Positions 21,909-33,003 of a stretch of DNA of 64,000 bases are shown here, piece after piece. Every line of letters begins with the position of its first letter. Position 1 is the first letter of the stretch. A program made the translations under genes and the position numbers. Under the pieces are notes generated by a model that ran no database searches, was not told the origin of the DNA, and was given only the letters and a program-made list of their open reading frames with translations. The stretch covers positions 352,001 to 416,000 of the forward strand of contig CAVSBO010000003.1 of the NCBI GenBank assembly GCA_963726195.1. Direction: 5' to 3'. This DNA is from Candidatus Thorarchaeota archaeon (GTDB lineage: Archaea; Asgardarchaeota; Thorarchaeia; Thorarchaeales; Thorarchaeaceae).

Positions 21909-23403
21909 TTGCCAACTACTAAGAAACTGATTGATGAGTTGAAAGGGATTGTCGGACCCGAAAACGTGTTCTATGATGCCGCTCATTTGAAAGAGTACTC
22001 TGACCAACTGAGTCTCTTCAAAACGAAGTCGCCTTCCGCAGTGGTCTTGCCAGAATCGACAGAGGAAGTTCAGCAGCTTGTGAAGCTTGCCAACAGACGA
22101 TCAATCCCCTTGATTGCGGTAAGCTCAGGAAAACCCAAGCTCCGAGGAGACTCTGCTCCGAAGATTGATGGTGCGGTCGCGGTCGACCTCAGGCGTCTGA
22201 ACAAGATACTTAGAGTCGACACGAAGAACAAGGTGGCCATGGTCGAGCCGGGGGTCACCTATTCTCAGTTAGTTGAGAAACTAAAAGGTCAGGGACTCAG
22301 GCCGCTTATGTCGTTCCTGCCGAAAAGCAGTAAGTCGGTCGTTGTGAACTGCTTGGACAGAGAGCCAATAACGATGCCTCGTTTCCATTGGGATTCATCA
22401 GACCCTCTTCTCTGCACAGAAGTCGTCTTTGGTTCTGGCGATCTGTTCCGAACCGGAGCAGCAGCAGGACCCGGCACGCTAGAAGAGCAATGGTCCTCAG
22501 GCCAAGCACAGAAGAATCCGATGGGGCCGTCTCAGTTTGACCCGTTCAGGATAATCCAAGGCTCTCAGGGAACCATAGGCATCGTCACGTGGGCCTCAGT
22601 GAAATGCGAGACTGCTCCTGTTGAGCAGCGCATTCTCATCTCAGGCTTCGATGAGCTGACCAGACTCCTTGGACTTCATTCAGTCGATTACAAAGCGCAA
22701 ACTAGTCGATGACCTCTTCGTGCTAAACTCGACAAATCTGTCGTGTGCACTAGAGGCAAGTCCCGCAAAGATTCAGAAAACGCGTGCCAGTTTGCCGGGA
22801 TGGGTACTGGTGTTGAGCGTTTCGGGACACGGCATCTTAGCCACTGATGAATTGGATTACAGATTGGCAGACACTCTTGACATAGCGAAAGAGATGGGGT
22901 TGGAACTCAAGAAGCAGATTGGCGGCGTGACCTCTACACGAGTTGGAGCCCTTCTCGGAGTCCCGAGTGATGAACCGTACTGGAAGCTCAGACTTCGAGG
23001 TGCATGTCAAGAAGTGTTCTTCATTACGACGCTGAATCACATACCCGAATTCTGCTCAGTTTTCGAACAGACGGCGAAAGAAGAGGGCTTCCCTGACAGT
23101 GATATTGGAATCTACATACAGCCGACGCTTCATGGGACGAATGCTCACTGCAATTTCGACATTTACTTTGATCCAATCGACAAGGCAAGAGTTGGACTGG
23201 CACAGCGATTATACTCTAAGGGCTGTGAAAGACTCCTTGCCAAGGGTGCGTTCTTCAGCAGGCCCTGCGGCCCAGTGACCGAGGCGGTCTTCAAGAAGAC
23301 GCCACCCGAGAATGTCACTGCAATGAAGAAAGTGAAGGACATATTCGACCCGAAACATGTGTTGAATCCGGGTGCTTTGTGCTTCGAGGAGGCCTCAAAA
23401 TGA
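21909..23403 (+). CDS. FAD-binding oxidoreductase (VAO/PCMH/GlcD-like); one probable sequencing frameshift at ~22667
   Basis: Motifs PSAVVLPESTEEVQ, DLRRLNKIL...VEPGVT, GTIGIVT and C-terminal KDIFDPKHVLNPG. ORFs 21909-22712 and 22669-23403 join when one C is removed. Confidence 0.85.
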
Positions 23404-24671
23404 CACTCACTGATTACCAACAGATGATGGACCGATGCGTACGCTGCTCCAAGTGCAAATTCCTTGATGGTATCTTAGTCAGGAGCAAGCAGTACTCCAC
23501 TATTTGCCCATCCATTGAAAGGTACAATCTGCACGCCTACTCCGGTGGCGGCAGAGTCATCATGGCCAACGCGATCCAGCGAGGCAGGGCGGAGTTCAGT
23601 GATGAGATGCTCGATGCTCTTTACAGATGCACCAACTGCGGCGCCTGTGAGGTCGTCTGCAAGATGTACTATGACATTGAACCAAATGAGGTCATACATG
23701 AACTCAGAGTCAAAGCTGTTGAGTCTGGATTCGGACCGATGCCTAAGCACAAGAAGTACATCGATCTTGTGCAGAGAACTCATAATCCTTACGGCGAGTC
23801 GGCCAAGAATCGAGAAGCATGGCTGCCAGATAGCGTCCAAGTGGATGAGAATTCGGATACCCTATACTGGGTTGGTTGCACTGCGGCCTTGCGACGACAG
23901 GAGATTGCCCAAGCGACTGCACGAATTCTCAACGCCGCTCATGAGCCATTTTCCTTGCTGGGCTCAGACGAGCACTGTTGTGGAAGCCCTGTATACCGCG
24001 TTGGTGACAGGAGTCGGGCCGTAGAAATCATGAAGGAGAACGTTGAGACATTCAAGCAGCATGGTGTGAAGAGAATCGTCACGAGTTGTGCGGGCTGTTA
24101 CAACATGCTGAAGGTCGAGTATCCTCGCTTCGTTGATGTGGATTTCGAGGTAGTTCACATATCGCAGCTGATGGAGTCGCTTCTTGCAGATGGCAAGCTT
24201 AAGCTAATAAACGAAGTTCCAATGAAGGTCACGTATCATGACCCATGTCACCTCGGTAGAATGGCAGAGCCATATGAGAAATGGGAAGGACAAATGGTCG
24301 AGGTCCTTGCTCTTATCTACATGGCAGATCCCCCAAAGCCGGTCAGGACTGGTGGAAGAGGAGTGTACGATGCTCCCAGAAATGTGCTCAGACAAATCCC
24401 CGGCGTAGAGCTCGTTGAAATGGAGCGAATCCGGGAGTATGCATACTGTTGCGGGGCAGGCGGAGGTGTGAAAGCCGCCTACCCAGACTTCGCGGTCTGG
24501 ACTGCAAAGAACAGACTGGAGGAGGCCGAGTCAACCGGGGCGCAGGCACTCGTTTCATGTTGCCCATTCTGCTCCACCAACTTCCGCGACGGAATCGAGG
24601 AGCGAAGAAGTCAACTAGAGTACTATGACCTCACGGAGCTAGTGGCAAAGAGCATTGGAGGTGAAGAGTAA
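23400..24671 (+). CDS. Fe-S oxidoreductase, GlcF/HdrD-like (4Fe-4S dicluster plus two CCG domains)
   Basis: Motifs CVRCSKC, CTNCGACEVVC, WVGC, CCGSP, TSCAGC, YHDPCHLGR, CCGAGGG and CCPFC. ATGA overlap at 23400-23403. Confidence 0.9.
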   Translation: MTLTDYQQMMDRCVRCSKCKFLDGILVRSKQYSTICPSIERYNLHAYSGGGRVIMANAIQRGRAEFSDEMLDALYRCTNCGACEVVCKMYYDIEPNEVIHELRVKAVESGFGPMPKHKKYIDLVQRTHNPYGESAKNREAWLPDSVQVDENSDTLYWVGCTAALRRQEIAQATARILNAAHEPFSLLGSDEHCCGSPVYRVGDRSRAVEIMKENVETFKQHGVKRIVTSCAGCYNMLKVEYPRFVDVDFEVVHISQLMESLLADGKLKLINEVPMKVTYHDPCHLGRMAEPYEKWEGQMVEVLALIYMADPPKPVRTGGRGVYDAPRNVLRQIPGVELVEMERIREYAYCCGAGGGVKAAYPDFAVWTAKNRLEEAESTGAQALVSCCPFCSTNFRDGIEERRSQLEYYDLTELVAKSIGGEE

Positions 24672-26261
24672 GTGCTTGAGGAAAAGATCTACACTGCACT
24701 GAAGAGCATCGTGGGTCCTGAAAACATCAGCAGAGACCCAGCGATATTGGACACTTACGCTTTCCAATGGTGTTGCGAAGTCGAAAATACTCTCAAGGGC
24801 AGGGAACCTTCAAGGTTTGGACAGAGACCTGAGGCGGTCGTGCTACCCGGCTCTACTGAAGAGGTTCAGGCGATTGTCAAACTCTGCAATGAACATGACG
24901 TCAAGTTCAAGGCATTGAGCACTGGCCAAGGTGCTTGGGCAGGCGTGACTGTCCCAAGGGCTATTCAGATCGACCTGAGAAGAATGAACAGGATTCTGGA
25001 GATTAACGCTGAAAACAGGTATGCAGTAATCGAACCCTACGTAACGAATGCTCAGCTGCAGGCAGAGCTTGTGAAGTGCGGTCTCATACACAATGCACAG
25101 GGAGGTGGACCACAGACTTCACCTCTTGCCAGTCACACATCATTTGTCGGCCCAAGCTTCACTTCATCTCATACTGGTTATAGTGGGCGGAATCTGTTGG
25201 GAGCTGAGTGGGTTCTTCCAACAGGTGACATTGTCCGGACAGGCTCATTCAATTACAGCGGCGAATGGTTCTCTGGGGATGGACCTGCTTTCTCACTCAG
25301 GGGTGTATTCAGAGGAGGGTATGGCGCATACGGAGGCCTAGGCGTCTTCACCAAATGCGCCATCAGGTTGTTCTCTCTACCTGTTCCCAAGGACTGGAAG
25401 TGGGAGATCAAGGGAACTGTTCCAGACTACGAATGGAATCTTCCACCATATTGGAAGATGTTCGTACTGAACTTTGCCGACTGGGACATCTTCACAGAGG
25501 CCTTCTATGAGGTCAACGACCAAGACATGAGCATGATGGCGATGGCATCCTCAGCGGAAGGGCTTGCAACAATGTTCACGAATACCCGCGAGGCCGCCCT
25601 TGAAGCCATATTCGCCGGGCTGCTCGTGAAAGCCCAGAGGTACTTCGTTGTCATGGTCGCGGCTCATACGGAACGCGAGTTCGATTACAGAACCAAATTC
25701 CTCCAAGCGATACTGAAGAAGTACGGCGGACAGGACCTGATTGAGGAAGGAGTTGTGACTGCTCAGCCCATGCACTACGCCGAAGGTATGCGGAATAGCC
25801 TTGGCAATCATGCGTTCCGCTTCACCAGTTGCTTCCAGAGCACCCACGGGGGCTTGGACACAATAGCAATGAGTGTCAAGATTGGAATCGTCAATCAGCC
25901 AATCAAGCAGAAGTACATCGAGAAGCATGTCATCGGTGATGATCGTGGAGAAGGGATTTGGATAACTGGATACGAGGGTGGACACATGGCCCACTTGGAA
26001 GTACCAACCGTGTACGATCCTTCTTCGCCCGAGTCCTGCAGGGGCTATGCGTATTACCAAGATGAATGCAACAAGGCCGACATCGCGAACGCGCTTGGAA
26101 TTCCATTCTTCATAGTGGGTGATGCATTTCACGACTCCTACGGACCGAATGTGATGGACTATCCTCGCTGGCTTCGCAAGATCAAGGCCACATTTGATCC
26201 AAAGGGAGTCTCAGATTCCGGCCACTACGTATCTGCAAGGCCGGGCGAGAATTCGACCTGA
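24672..26261 (+). CDS. FAD-binding oxidoreductase (VAO/PCMH-like)
   Basis: Motifs PEAVVLPGSTEEVQ, DLRRMNRILEIN...IEPYVT, EWVLPTGDIVRTG, LGVFTK and KATFDPKG. GGAGGTGA RBS; abuts the upstream gene. Confidence 0.87.
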   Translation: MLEEKIYTALKSIVGPENISRDPAILDTYAFQWCCEVENTLKGREPSRFGQRPEAVVLPGSTEEVQAIVKLCNEHDVKFKALSTGQGAWAGVTVPRAIQIDLRRMNRILEINAENRYAVIEPYVTNAQLQAELVKCGLIHNAQGGGPQTSPLASHTSFVGPSFTSSHTGYSGRNLLGAEWVLPTGDIVRTGSFNYSGEWFSGDGPAFSLRGVFRGGYGAYGGLGVFTKCAIRLFSLPVPKDWKWEIKGTVPDYEWNLPPYWKMFVLNFADWDIFTEAFYEVNDQDMSMMAMASSAEGLATMFTNTREAALEAIFAGLLVKAQRYFVVMVAAHTEREFDYRTKFLQAILKKYGGQDLIEEGVVTAQPMHYAEGMRNSLGNHAFRFTSCFQSTHGGLDTIAMSVKIGIVNQPIKQKYIEKHVIGDDRGEGIWITGYEGGHMAHLEVPTVYDPSSPESCRGYAYYQDECNKADIANALGIPFFIVGDAFHDSYGPNVMDYPRWLRKIKATFDPKGVSDSGHYVSARPGENST

Positions 26262-26367
26262 TGGTCGTTCCGTAGGCCAGACACAGACCTCAAAGAGTGC
26301 GTGCCCGGCATCATTCAAGCCGGGACACATCAGGTTCGTTGCACTAATGTTTGGAGTGCACACACTT

Positions 26368-27124
26368 TCAAGATTCCACACCTAGTTTCTTGGCTCTTTC
26401 GAACGCGGTCTCAGCTTCACCGGCGCGACCCTGCTTAGACAAGGTCTCTCCAAGACCTTTCCATGCGGCACCGTTGTCAGGCTCGAACTTGATGGCCGTC
26501 CTGTATGCTTCTTCAGCCCTTGAAGCCGCATCGGACAACAACAGCATTCGCCCGAGATCGTACCACGTTTTTGCATCGTCAGGCATGTGCGTCATGGCGG
26601 TGTTGAATGCTCGTTCACTTTGTGAAGCCTTGCCGGCGTTGTAGAGAATTGCTCCAAGACTGTACCACGAAATCGGATCATTAGGTTTCTGCGCTATGGC
26701 TGTCCTGAATGCCACTTCCGCCCTCGAAGTTTGACCAGACCAGAGCAGAACAGTCCCGAGTCTGCGTTGAGCGCCCGCATCGCTAGGCTTCAACTTGATT
26801 GCCGTTCTAATTGCCTGTTCAGCTTCTTTCAGACGATTCGACTCGTAGAGCAGATCAGCCATGTCAGCTCCACGCTTCAAAACTGCCATGTTTATGCTTG
26901 ATTGCTGTCCTGTATGCTTCCTCAGCCTCGTCAAAGCGCCCAGCTTTGTTGAGCACAAGCCCGAGATTGCACCAGGCTTCAGCGAAGTCAGGCTTTTGCG
27001 CTACGGCGGCTCTGAATGCCTCTTCGGCTTCCTTCGCTTGGCCCGACCCACTCAGTTTGAGTCCAAGTTCAAGCAATTGTGTGGGTGAGTTAGGCTCCGT
27101 TCTAGCACTCTTCTCCTTTGACAT
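26368..27124 (-). CDS. Tetratricopeptide repeat protein; one probable sequencing frameshift at ~26865
   Basis: About seven 34-aa repeats such as AEEAFRAAVAQKPDFAEAWCNLG and AEEAYRTAIKFEPDNGAAWKGLG, spread across ORFs 26864-27220 and 26368-26958. Confidence 0.82.
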
Positions 27125-27332
27125 GCCTTTGACCCCTCTAATCCATCTAATAGAACGATTGGTGTGTACCAAAGTTCCGGGTGAAAAATGACCATTGCAG
27201 CTCATCCACGTGCCGAGCATGGGACACAGAATGTGACTGAACTAGGTCCGCACCTGTTGAAGCTGCATAAGGCAACAACTAATAGCAGCGCATTCCTGAG
27301 CCAGACTCAGCTCGAAGAAGGCGGACCCTCGC

Positions 27333-28497
27333 ATGAGCAGAATTCAAGTCGATGAGTCAAAGCTCCTGTCAACCCTGAAGGAACTGATTGCTATCGAATC
27401 CGTGAACCCTTCCCTTGTTCAAGGTGGAAACGGAGAGTACAAGATCGCTGAATACATAGGTGAACGTCTGGAGAAGGCAGGTCTCGAAGTGAATTACCAG
27501 CGCCTCGGGGGGAATCGCCAGAATGTCGTCGCAGTAATGAAGGGACGAGGAAGCGGCGGCCGCACCTTGATGCTAAACGGTCACACCGATACAGTCGGTA
27601 CAGCAGGCATGGAAACTCCTCTCTTGGCCACCTATCGAGAACGGCAAGGTCTATGGTAGAGGAGCGTTCGACATGAAGGGAGGCTTGGCAGCGATGATTT
27701 GCGCTGCTGAGTCGCTAAAGGAAAAGAAGACTGTGCTGAGAGGTGACCTTGTGCTAGCCTTTGTAGCAGATGAGGAGTATGCCAGCATAGGGACGGAAGA
27801 ACTAGTGAAGGAGTACGCCGCCGATGCAGCGATAGTAACTGAGCCAACGAACCTTGACGTGATTGTGGCACATCGCGGGTTTGCCTGGGCTAGTGTGGAC
27901 GTCTCGGGCAGGGCTGCGCATGGGAGCCGATATGATATCGGAGTGGATGCTATTGCAAAAGCTGGCAAATTCCTTGTCGCGTTGGAAAAGATGGACACAG
28001 GGTTCAATGCGCTGGAGCCGCACCCGTTGTTAGGTCGTCCCTCGGTCCACGCATCGCTCATAAGCGGCGGTACCGAACTCAGCACATATCCCGAACATTG
28101 TAGGATTGAACTTGAACGTCGGACTCTACCCTCTGAAAGCGAACAGAGTGTCAGGGACGAACTTGGAAATCTGCTGGAAGAGGTATCGGAGACCGACAGT
28201 GATTTCCGGGCCGAGTTTAAGGTCTTCCTTTACCGGTCGGCTCTTGAGGTGCCTAAGAACATCGACCTCGTCCGCATCCTCTCTCAAGAGACTCGCAGAG
28301 TCATCGGTAAGGAACCGCATCTCGTGGGTGCAGGTTGGTGGACGGATGCCGCACTGCTCAACGACGTTGGCATACCCACGGTTCTGTTTGGTCATTCGGG
28401 CGAGGGAGCACATGCTCCGATTGAGTACGCAGACTTCGACTCGCTCGTTCAGATGACTGAGGTGTTAGCCAGAATGACAGTCTCCTTCTGTGCATAG
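27333..28497 (+). CDS. M20 family peptidase/deacylase (ArgE/DapE-like); probable sequencing frameshift at ~27632
   Basis: Motifs LNGHTDTV, reconstructed YGRGAFDMKGG, ADEE, VTEPT, GRAAHGS, WTDAA and GAHAPIE. Confidence 0.88.
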
Positions 28498-28568
28498 CTG
28501 CGCCTAGGATTAATCGGATTGGGCGTTTGCCACCCGATGAGCTGCGCTTTGTTGGAGACTACGTTCAT

Positions 28569-29030
28569 TTACGGTTCCATTTGGATTTTCTCGGGTAGGG
28601 GTTTGCTAGCGTAGAAGAAACGCCCGGATCCCATGACATCCGAGTGTCGCACTCGAATCTTGTTGTAAGTCAGTCCACCCTTCACCTTCTTCACCAATGC
28701 TACCCGCTGTTGCTTCGAGGCACCCGCAAGCACGTTCATAATCAAGTCCCCAACGTAGCTCTCAAGGAGCTCGTCATCGGAAGGATTGTATTCTTCTCGA
28801 TCCCCGCCAAGCATCATTCTTCCAGGCTGGGTGTATCCGGGATTCCTTCGTGCCTTTGCCTTCACTTCCCCGAGAAACTGGACAAGGGCCGGCATCTGCT
28901 CAATGCTTGGGTTTCGAAGGACGGGAATCTCTTCGACGACAGCGTGCATTGCTGGCCGGAAATCAAAGATTGTGTCGGGAGTTCGCTTCGGTTCATAATC
29001 ACCGAAAGGCGTAGTACCGCTTGGATTCAT
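28569..29030 (-). CDS. Hypothetical protein (153 aa)
   Basis: Fills the gap between convergent and divergent neighbours with natural composition; no recognised motif. Confidence 0.6.
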   Translation of the reverse strand: MNPSGTTPFGDYEPKRTPDTIFDFRPAMHAVVEEIPVLRNPSIEQMPALVQFLGEVKAKARRNPGYTQPGRMMLGGDREEYNPSDDELLESYVGDLIMNVLAGASKQQRVALVKKVKGGLTYNKIRVRHSDVMGSGRFFYASKPLPEKIQMEP

Positions 29031-29157
29031 TGGATGTTTCCCTTTTTGTGTCTTTACGATTTGGGGTCTTAATATCTCTAGGGGAAACGCCCCTTTCGGT
29101 TTCCATGCCCACTTAGAAAGACTTAACTATAGTTATGACTAACCCTCTCTAGACAAA

Positions 29158-30090
29158 ATGACGGAGAGAAATACAGTGGTCGATATGGCAGGCAAAGTGT
29201 GCATCGTGACAGGTAGCAACTCGGGCATAGGAAAGGAGACTGCCGCTGAGCTCGCAAGAAAGGGTGCAACGGTGGTAATGATCGTGCGCAATCGAGAGCG
29301 CGGAGAAGCCGCGATGCAGGAAATCGTCCGGCGTTATCCCACGGCGACTCTTGATCTGTTGATTGCTGATCTATCTGTTGCTAGCGAAATCAGAAGGGTC
29401 GCAACCGAGTTCAAGGCGAGATACGATAGGCTGGATGTGTTGATCAACAACGCCGGAGGCGTTTCAGGCAAACGAACCTTGACACCTGATGGACTTGAAG
29501 AAACATTCGCTATCAATTATCTTGCCCCGTTCTTATTGACTCACGAACTCATGGACACACTGCTTTCCTCTGCGCCATCAAGAGTAATCATTGTTAGTTC
29601 CACAGCTCATAACATGAGCAAGGTCGACCTGAACGACCTCCAGAGCGAGAGGCGATTCAGTCCTTTGGGAACGTATGCGAATTCGAAGCTGATGAGCGTG
29701 ATGTTCACGTACGATCTAGCGCGACGACTTGGTCGAACTGGTGTAACGGTGAATGCACTCCATCCAGGATTCGTGGCATCCAACTTCGGCAAGGGCTCTC
29801 GCGCCATTCGATTCGTCTACAGGATCGCCAGACCATTCGAGATAAGTTCGCGAAAGGGTGCTCAGACTTCCATCTATCTCGCATCATCCCCTAATGTCGA
29901 AGGGATATCAGGCAAGTACTTCTACCGCTGCAAGCCGAAGCAATCATCGAAGGCGAGCTACGACTCTGAGAAACAGAAGAGCCTGTGGTCGGCGACTGAG
30001 TCGATTCTTTCTGCGCTCGGAGTTGAGACTGGCAAATATCCGTCCTCCCTCGTTCAGCTGAGCACTTGTTTAATGTCGTTCGGCGCATAG
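29158..30090 (+). CDS. Short-chain dehydrogenase/reductase, retinol dehydrogenase-like
   Basis: Motifs TGSNSGIG, LINNAG, NYLAPFLLT, YANSK and LHPGFV. Confidence 0.92.
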   Translation: MTERNTVVDMAGKVCIVTGSNSGIGKETAAELARKGATVVMIVRNRERGEAAMQEIVRRYPTATLDLLIADLSVASEIRRVATEFKARYDRLDVLINNAGGVSGKRTLTPDGLEETFAINYLAPFLLTHELMDTLLSSAPSRVIIVSSTAHNMSKVDLNDLQSERRFSPLGTYANSKLMSVMFTYDLARRLGRTGVTVNALHPGFVASNFGKGSRAIRFVYRIARPFEISSRKGAQTSIYLASSPNVEGISGKYFYRCKPKQSSKASYDSEKQKSLWSATESILSALGVETGKYPSSLVQLSTCLMSFGA

Positions 30091-30243
30091 TGCGAGCCCA
30101 ATCCCAGGACATCACCTCGCTTATTGGTCTTCAGACTAGTAGACATTCCATCATCGGTGGAAACCCTGTGCCAACCGTGAGTTCGCTGCAAAGCGTAAAA
30201 GCGAACCTGCCGATGCTGAGCTCCATCAGGGGAAGGTGCCAGA

Positions 30244-31116
30244 TTGCGGACAGCGGCGATAATAACAACAAAAGGCGTCTACAATGCAGGCGACACTGTT
30301 GAAGGCGAATTGGTTGTTCAATCCGGCAAGGAATTCAACTATAACGCAATTCATGTGACCTTCACTGGAAGAGAACATACGAGGATTGTCGTATCAACTG
30401 GCAAGTCATCATACACCTATACAGACGAGAGAGTGTATTTCTCCAATAGACAGGACTTGGCTGGTGAGGGTGTTATGCCTGAGGGAGAATCGCGGTACCC
30501 GTTCAGCTTCATATTACCCAACGACGTGCCATGCAGTTATTCGGGAAGAAATGCATGGATTCAATATGGACTGAAAGGAGTGGTTGAGGTGTCTCGAGCA
30601 ATGGATACGAAACAAGAGGCCTTCATTGGAGTGATGAGACAAACGCCAGGACCTGCGCCTCAGCCAGTAACTGAAGAAGCAGACAAGCACGGCATTCCCG
30701 AGCTCGAGGTCGAGACGGAAAGTGACTGTGCCTGTCTTGGTGATTCGATTAACCTCAGGTACAAGGTTGTGCCTGACGTGAAAATACGCGGAGTTCGCGC
30801 TGAACTTGAAACGGAAGAGTACGCCATCGCCAAGAGGGCCAAGAGGAAAACCAAATGGACTCTGGCCAAAGAGTTCGTACAGGACAACGAGATTGAAAGA
30901 GACCAGTGGATGGACTTGCAGATCAAGACCGACGAGTCGATGCCAGCTAGCTACCAAGGAGAGATTCTCACAAGCAGGGCCTTCGTCAAATTGACTCTCG
31001 ATATTCCTTGGGCACTGGACAAGATTCTTGAGATACCTGTTCAACTTGGATATTACATTCGCGTATCTGATAGCGACAAGGGCAAGCCATTTCAGTTTCG
31101 GCCAACTTTCGGATGA
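30244..31116 (+). CDS. Arrestin-fold protein (alpha-arrestin/Vps26/SpoOM clan)
   Basis: YNAGDTVEGELVV, FTGREHT and GESRYPFSFILPNDVPCSYSGRNAWIQYGLKG match the Arrestin_N consensus, followed by a second beta-sandwich. Start codon (TTG) is uncertain. Confidence 0.8.
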   Translation: MRTAAIITTKGVYNAGDTVEGELVVQSGKEFNYNAIHVTFTGREHTRIVVSTGKSSYTYTDERVYFSNRQDLAGEGVMPEGESRYPFSFILPNDVPCSYSGRNAWIQYGLKGVVEVSRAMDTKQEAFIGVMRQTPGPAPQPVTEEADKHGIPELEVETESDCACLGDSINLRYKVVPDVKIRGVRAELETEEYAIAKRAKRKTKWTLAKEFVQDNEIERDQWMDLQIKTDESMPASYQGEILTSRAFVKLTLDIPWALDKILEIPVQLGYYIRVSDSDKGKPFQFRPTFG

Positions 31117-31358
31117 GCCCGGGGCTTTCGCCTAGGCCGCCCAATGGTTCGTGACTCAACCTGTGCCTACAGCCCCGATTCTGTCGCTTGGCCAAGTGGG
31201 GCATATGTCAGACTCGATGATGCGATCTGCCACGAATCAGACAAGACATATTCGAACTATGTCGATTTGAGCCCAAGCGCGGACATAACGATTATTACCC
31301 CGGACTCCGGCCGCAATCGGCTAATCAAGCCCATGGGCGCTGTTCTAGAGGTGTTTGC

Positions 31359-32990
31359 TTGGCATTCGTTCAGAAAAATAAGTTCTTCGTCTGCGTGCTT
31401 GCCGCCGCATTAGTTCTAACTGGATTGACCTTCGGCAACTTGCAGGGTTCACCGACTCAAACAGGTGTCCAAGTTGTGAATGGAGTGGTGTACAACTTCG
31501 CCGACTATCCGGCTCTCAATCATGAACAGCTCGGCATCTTCAACTACCTCGAACATCTAGTGGTCGACCAGCCCTATGGATCGTGGGATGGGTTCTATAT
31601 CGGGGACTTCTACGGACTGCTGCATTACTTCCTGGCATTCTCGATGTATGTGTCGTCTTGTATGTTTGAGACAACACCGGGCTACCGAACGGATTACTAC
31701 CGCCAGTTCTCATGGGACCTCTTGCAGAAAATGAACACCTCGGAGGCCGTGTGGAACACAACCTCAGTTGAGTATATGGAATGGACTCATCCGGGCTACA
31801 ACTTCACCCAGTATTGGTACCCCAACGCCAAGAATCCGAATGCTTCCGTTGACGTCTACACTGGCGGATTCCGCGGCCCTGCGAATATTATGTGGACCGG
31901 ACACTATGGTCTGATGGAAGCTCTGCATGAAAGGAACTTCAACACAGGCCAAGCCTATAGTGAGTTGACTTCATTCATCAAGCAATGGAACACTACTTTG
32001 ACTACGGATGGTCTTGGCCACCCCCAAGCGGGCGGCATCTGGAAGATCGGCCTGATCCCTTGTGAGCCGTACATCGCATTTGTGAACTGCAACTCGATTC
32101 CCATGTTCGCTACCAACTTGTACGACAATATCTATGGAACAAACTTCAAACCCATCTGGGACTACGGACTCAGTTTTGACGACAAGAACGCGACAGATGA
32201 GCATGGACTCTTCACCAACGGATACTTGGTGCAGGAGCCGCTTAACTTCAAACAACCCACGCAAGGAGCGCAGCAGCCCATCCCAGGTAACGTCATCGAC
32301 CGACAATCCGCCGATGGGAGCCCGAGCGTGTCGGGTTACTTAAATGCGTGGGCTCTGATGTTCCTTGAGCCAATTCAGCCCAATGTCACTATCCATCAGT
32401 ACCCAATCTTCCTCGATGTCTACGGGCGTCAAGTGTCAGCGGACAAATTCTGCGTGGTCGGCAACTATCGTCATCCAGAGACATACACTGTCATTGACAT
32501 GCTTGCCAATCTCATGGCGATGCCTCTTGCAAATCAAAGGGGCGACTATGCAACAGCACAGAGAATCAGGAATTTTCTCTATAGTGATTTCAACAAGGTC
32601 TGGTCGGCTGATGGCCGAAGAATGTGGTATGATGCCACTTCACTTCTCCCCTTCGTTCAGGGGCCCCTCACGGCAGCATGGCTCTGGGGTACAGCTCCTA
32701 AGGTTATGCGAGACCTCTTCTCTGCCAGACCAGCAGTATTCTGGAATTACCCATACATATCTCACGCCGACGATAGCAAGATATGGGTCTATCAGGCACA
32801 GTGGGACCCGGCAAAGTCTGCATTCATACTGAATATTGGAGTGGACCAGACTGCAACGCTTTCCTTCAGCAACTTCGATCATGCTCCTTCCGCGTACGTC
32901 GGAGGAACACTGTATCAGAACCTCGCATACGGAGCGGGCATAGGCAACCTAACTCTTACGCCCGGCACCTACCAAGTTGTAATAAAGTAA
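31359..32990 (+). CDS. Exported linalool dehydratase/isomerase (LinD)-like protein
   Basis: ANIMWTGHYGLM and GLIPCEPYIAFVNCNS parallel the LinD motifs NIMYKGH and CEPDNYFVQCNS. Hydrophobic N-terminal signal. Confidence 0.7.
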   Translation: MAFVQKNKFFVCVLAAALVLTGLTFGNLQGSPTQTGVQVVNGVVYNFADYPALNHEQLGIFNYLEHLVVDQPYGSWDGFYIGDFYGLLHYFLAFSMYVSSCMFETTPGYRTDYYRQFSWDLLQKMNTSEAVWNTTSVEYMEWTHPGYNFTQYWYPNAKNPNASVDVYTGGFRGPANIMWTGHYGLMEALHERNFNTGQAYSELTSFIKQWNTTLTTDGLGHPQAGGIWKIGLIPCEPYIAFVNCNSIPMFATNLYDNIYGTNFKPIWDYGLSFDDKNATDEHGLFTNGYLVQEPLNFKQPTQGAQQPIPGNVIDRQSADGSPSVSGYLNAWALMFLEPIQPNVTIHQYPIFLDVYGRQVSADKFCVVGNYRHPETYTVIDMLANLMAMPLANQRGDYATAQRIRNFLYSDFNKVWSADGRRMWYDATSLLPFVQGPLTAAWLWGTAPKVMRDLFSARPAVFWNYPYISHADDSKIWVYQAQWDPAKSAFILNIGVDQTATLSFSNFDHAPSAYVGGTLYQNLAYGAGIGNLTLTPGTYQVVIK

Positions 32991-33003
32991 AGGAGGACAC
33001 ATC

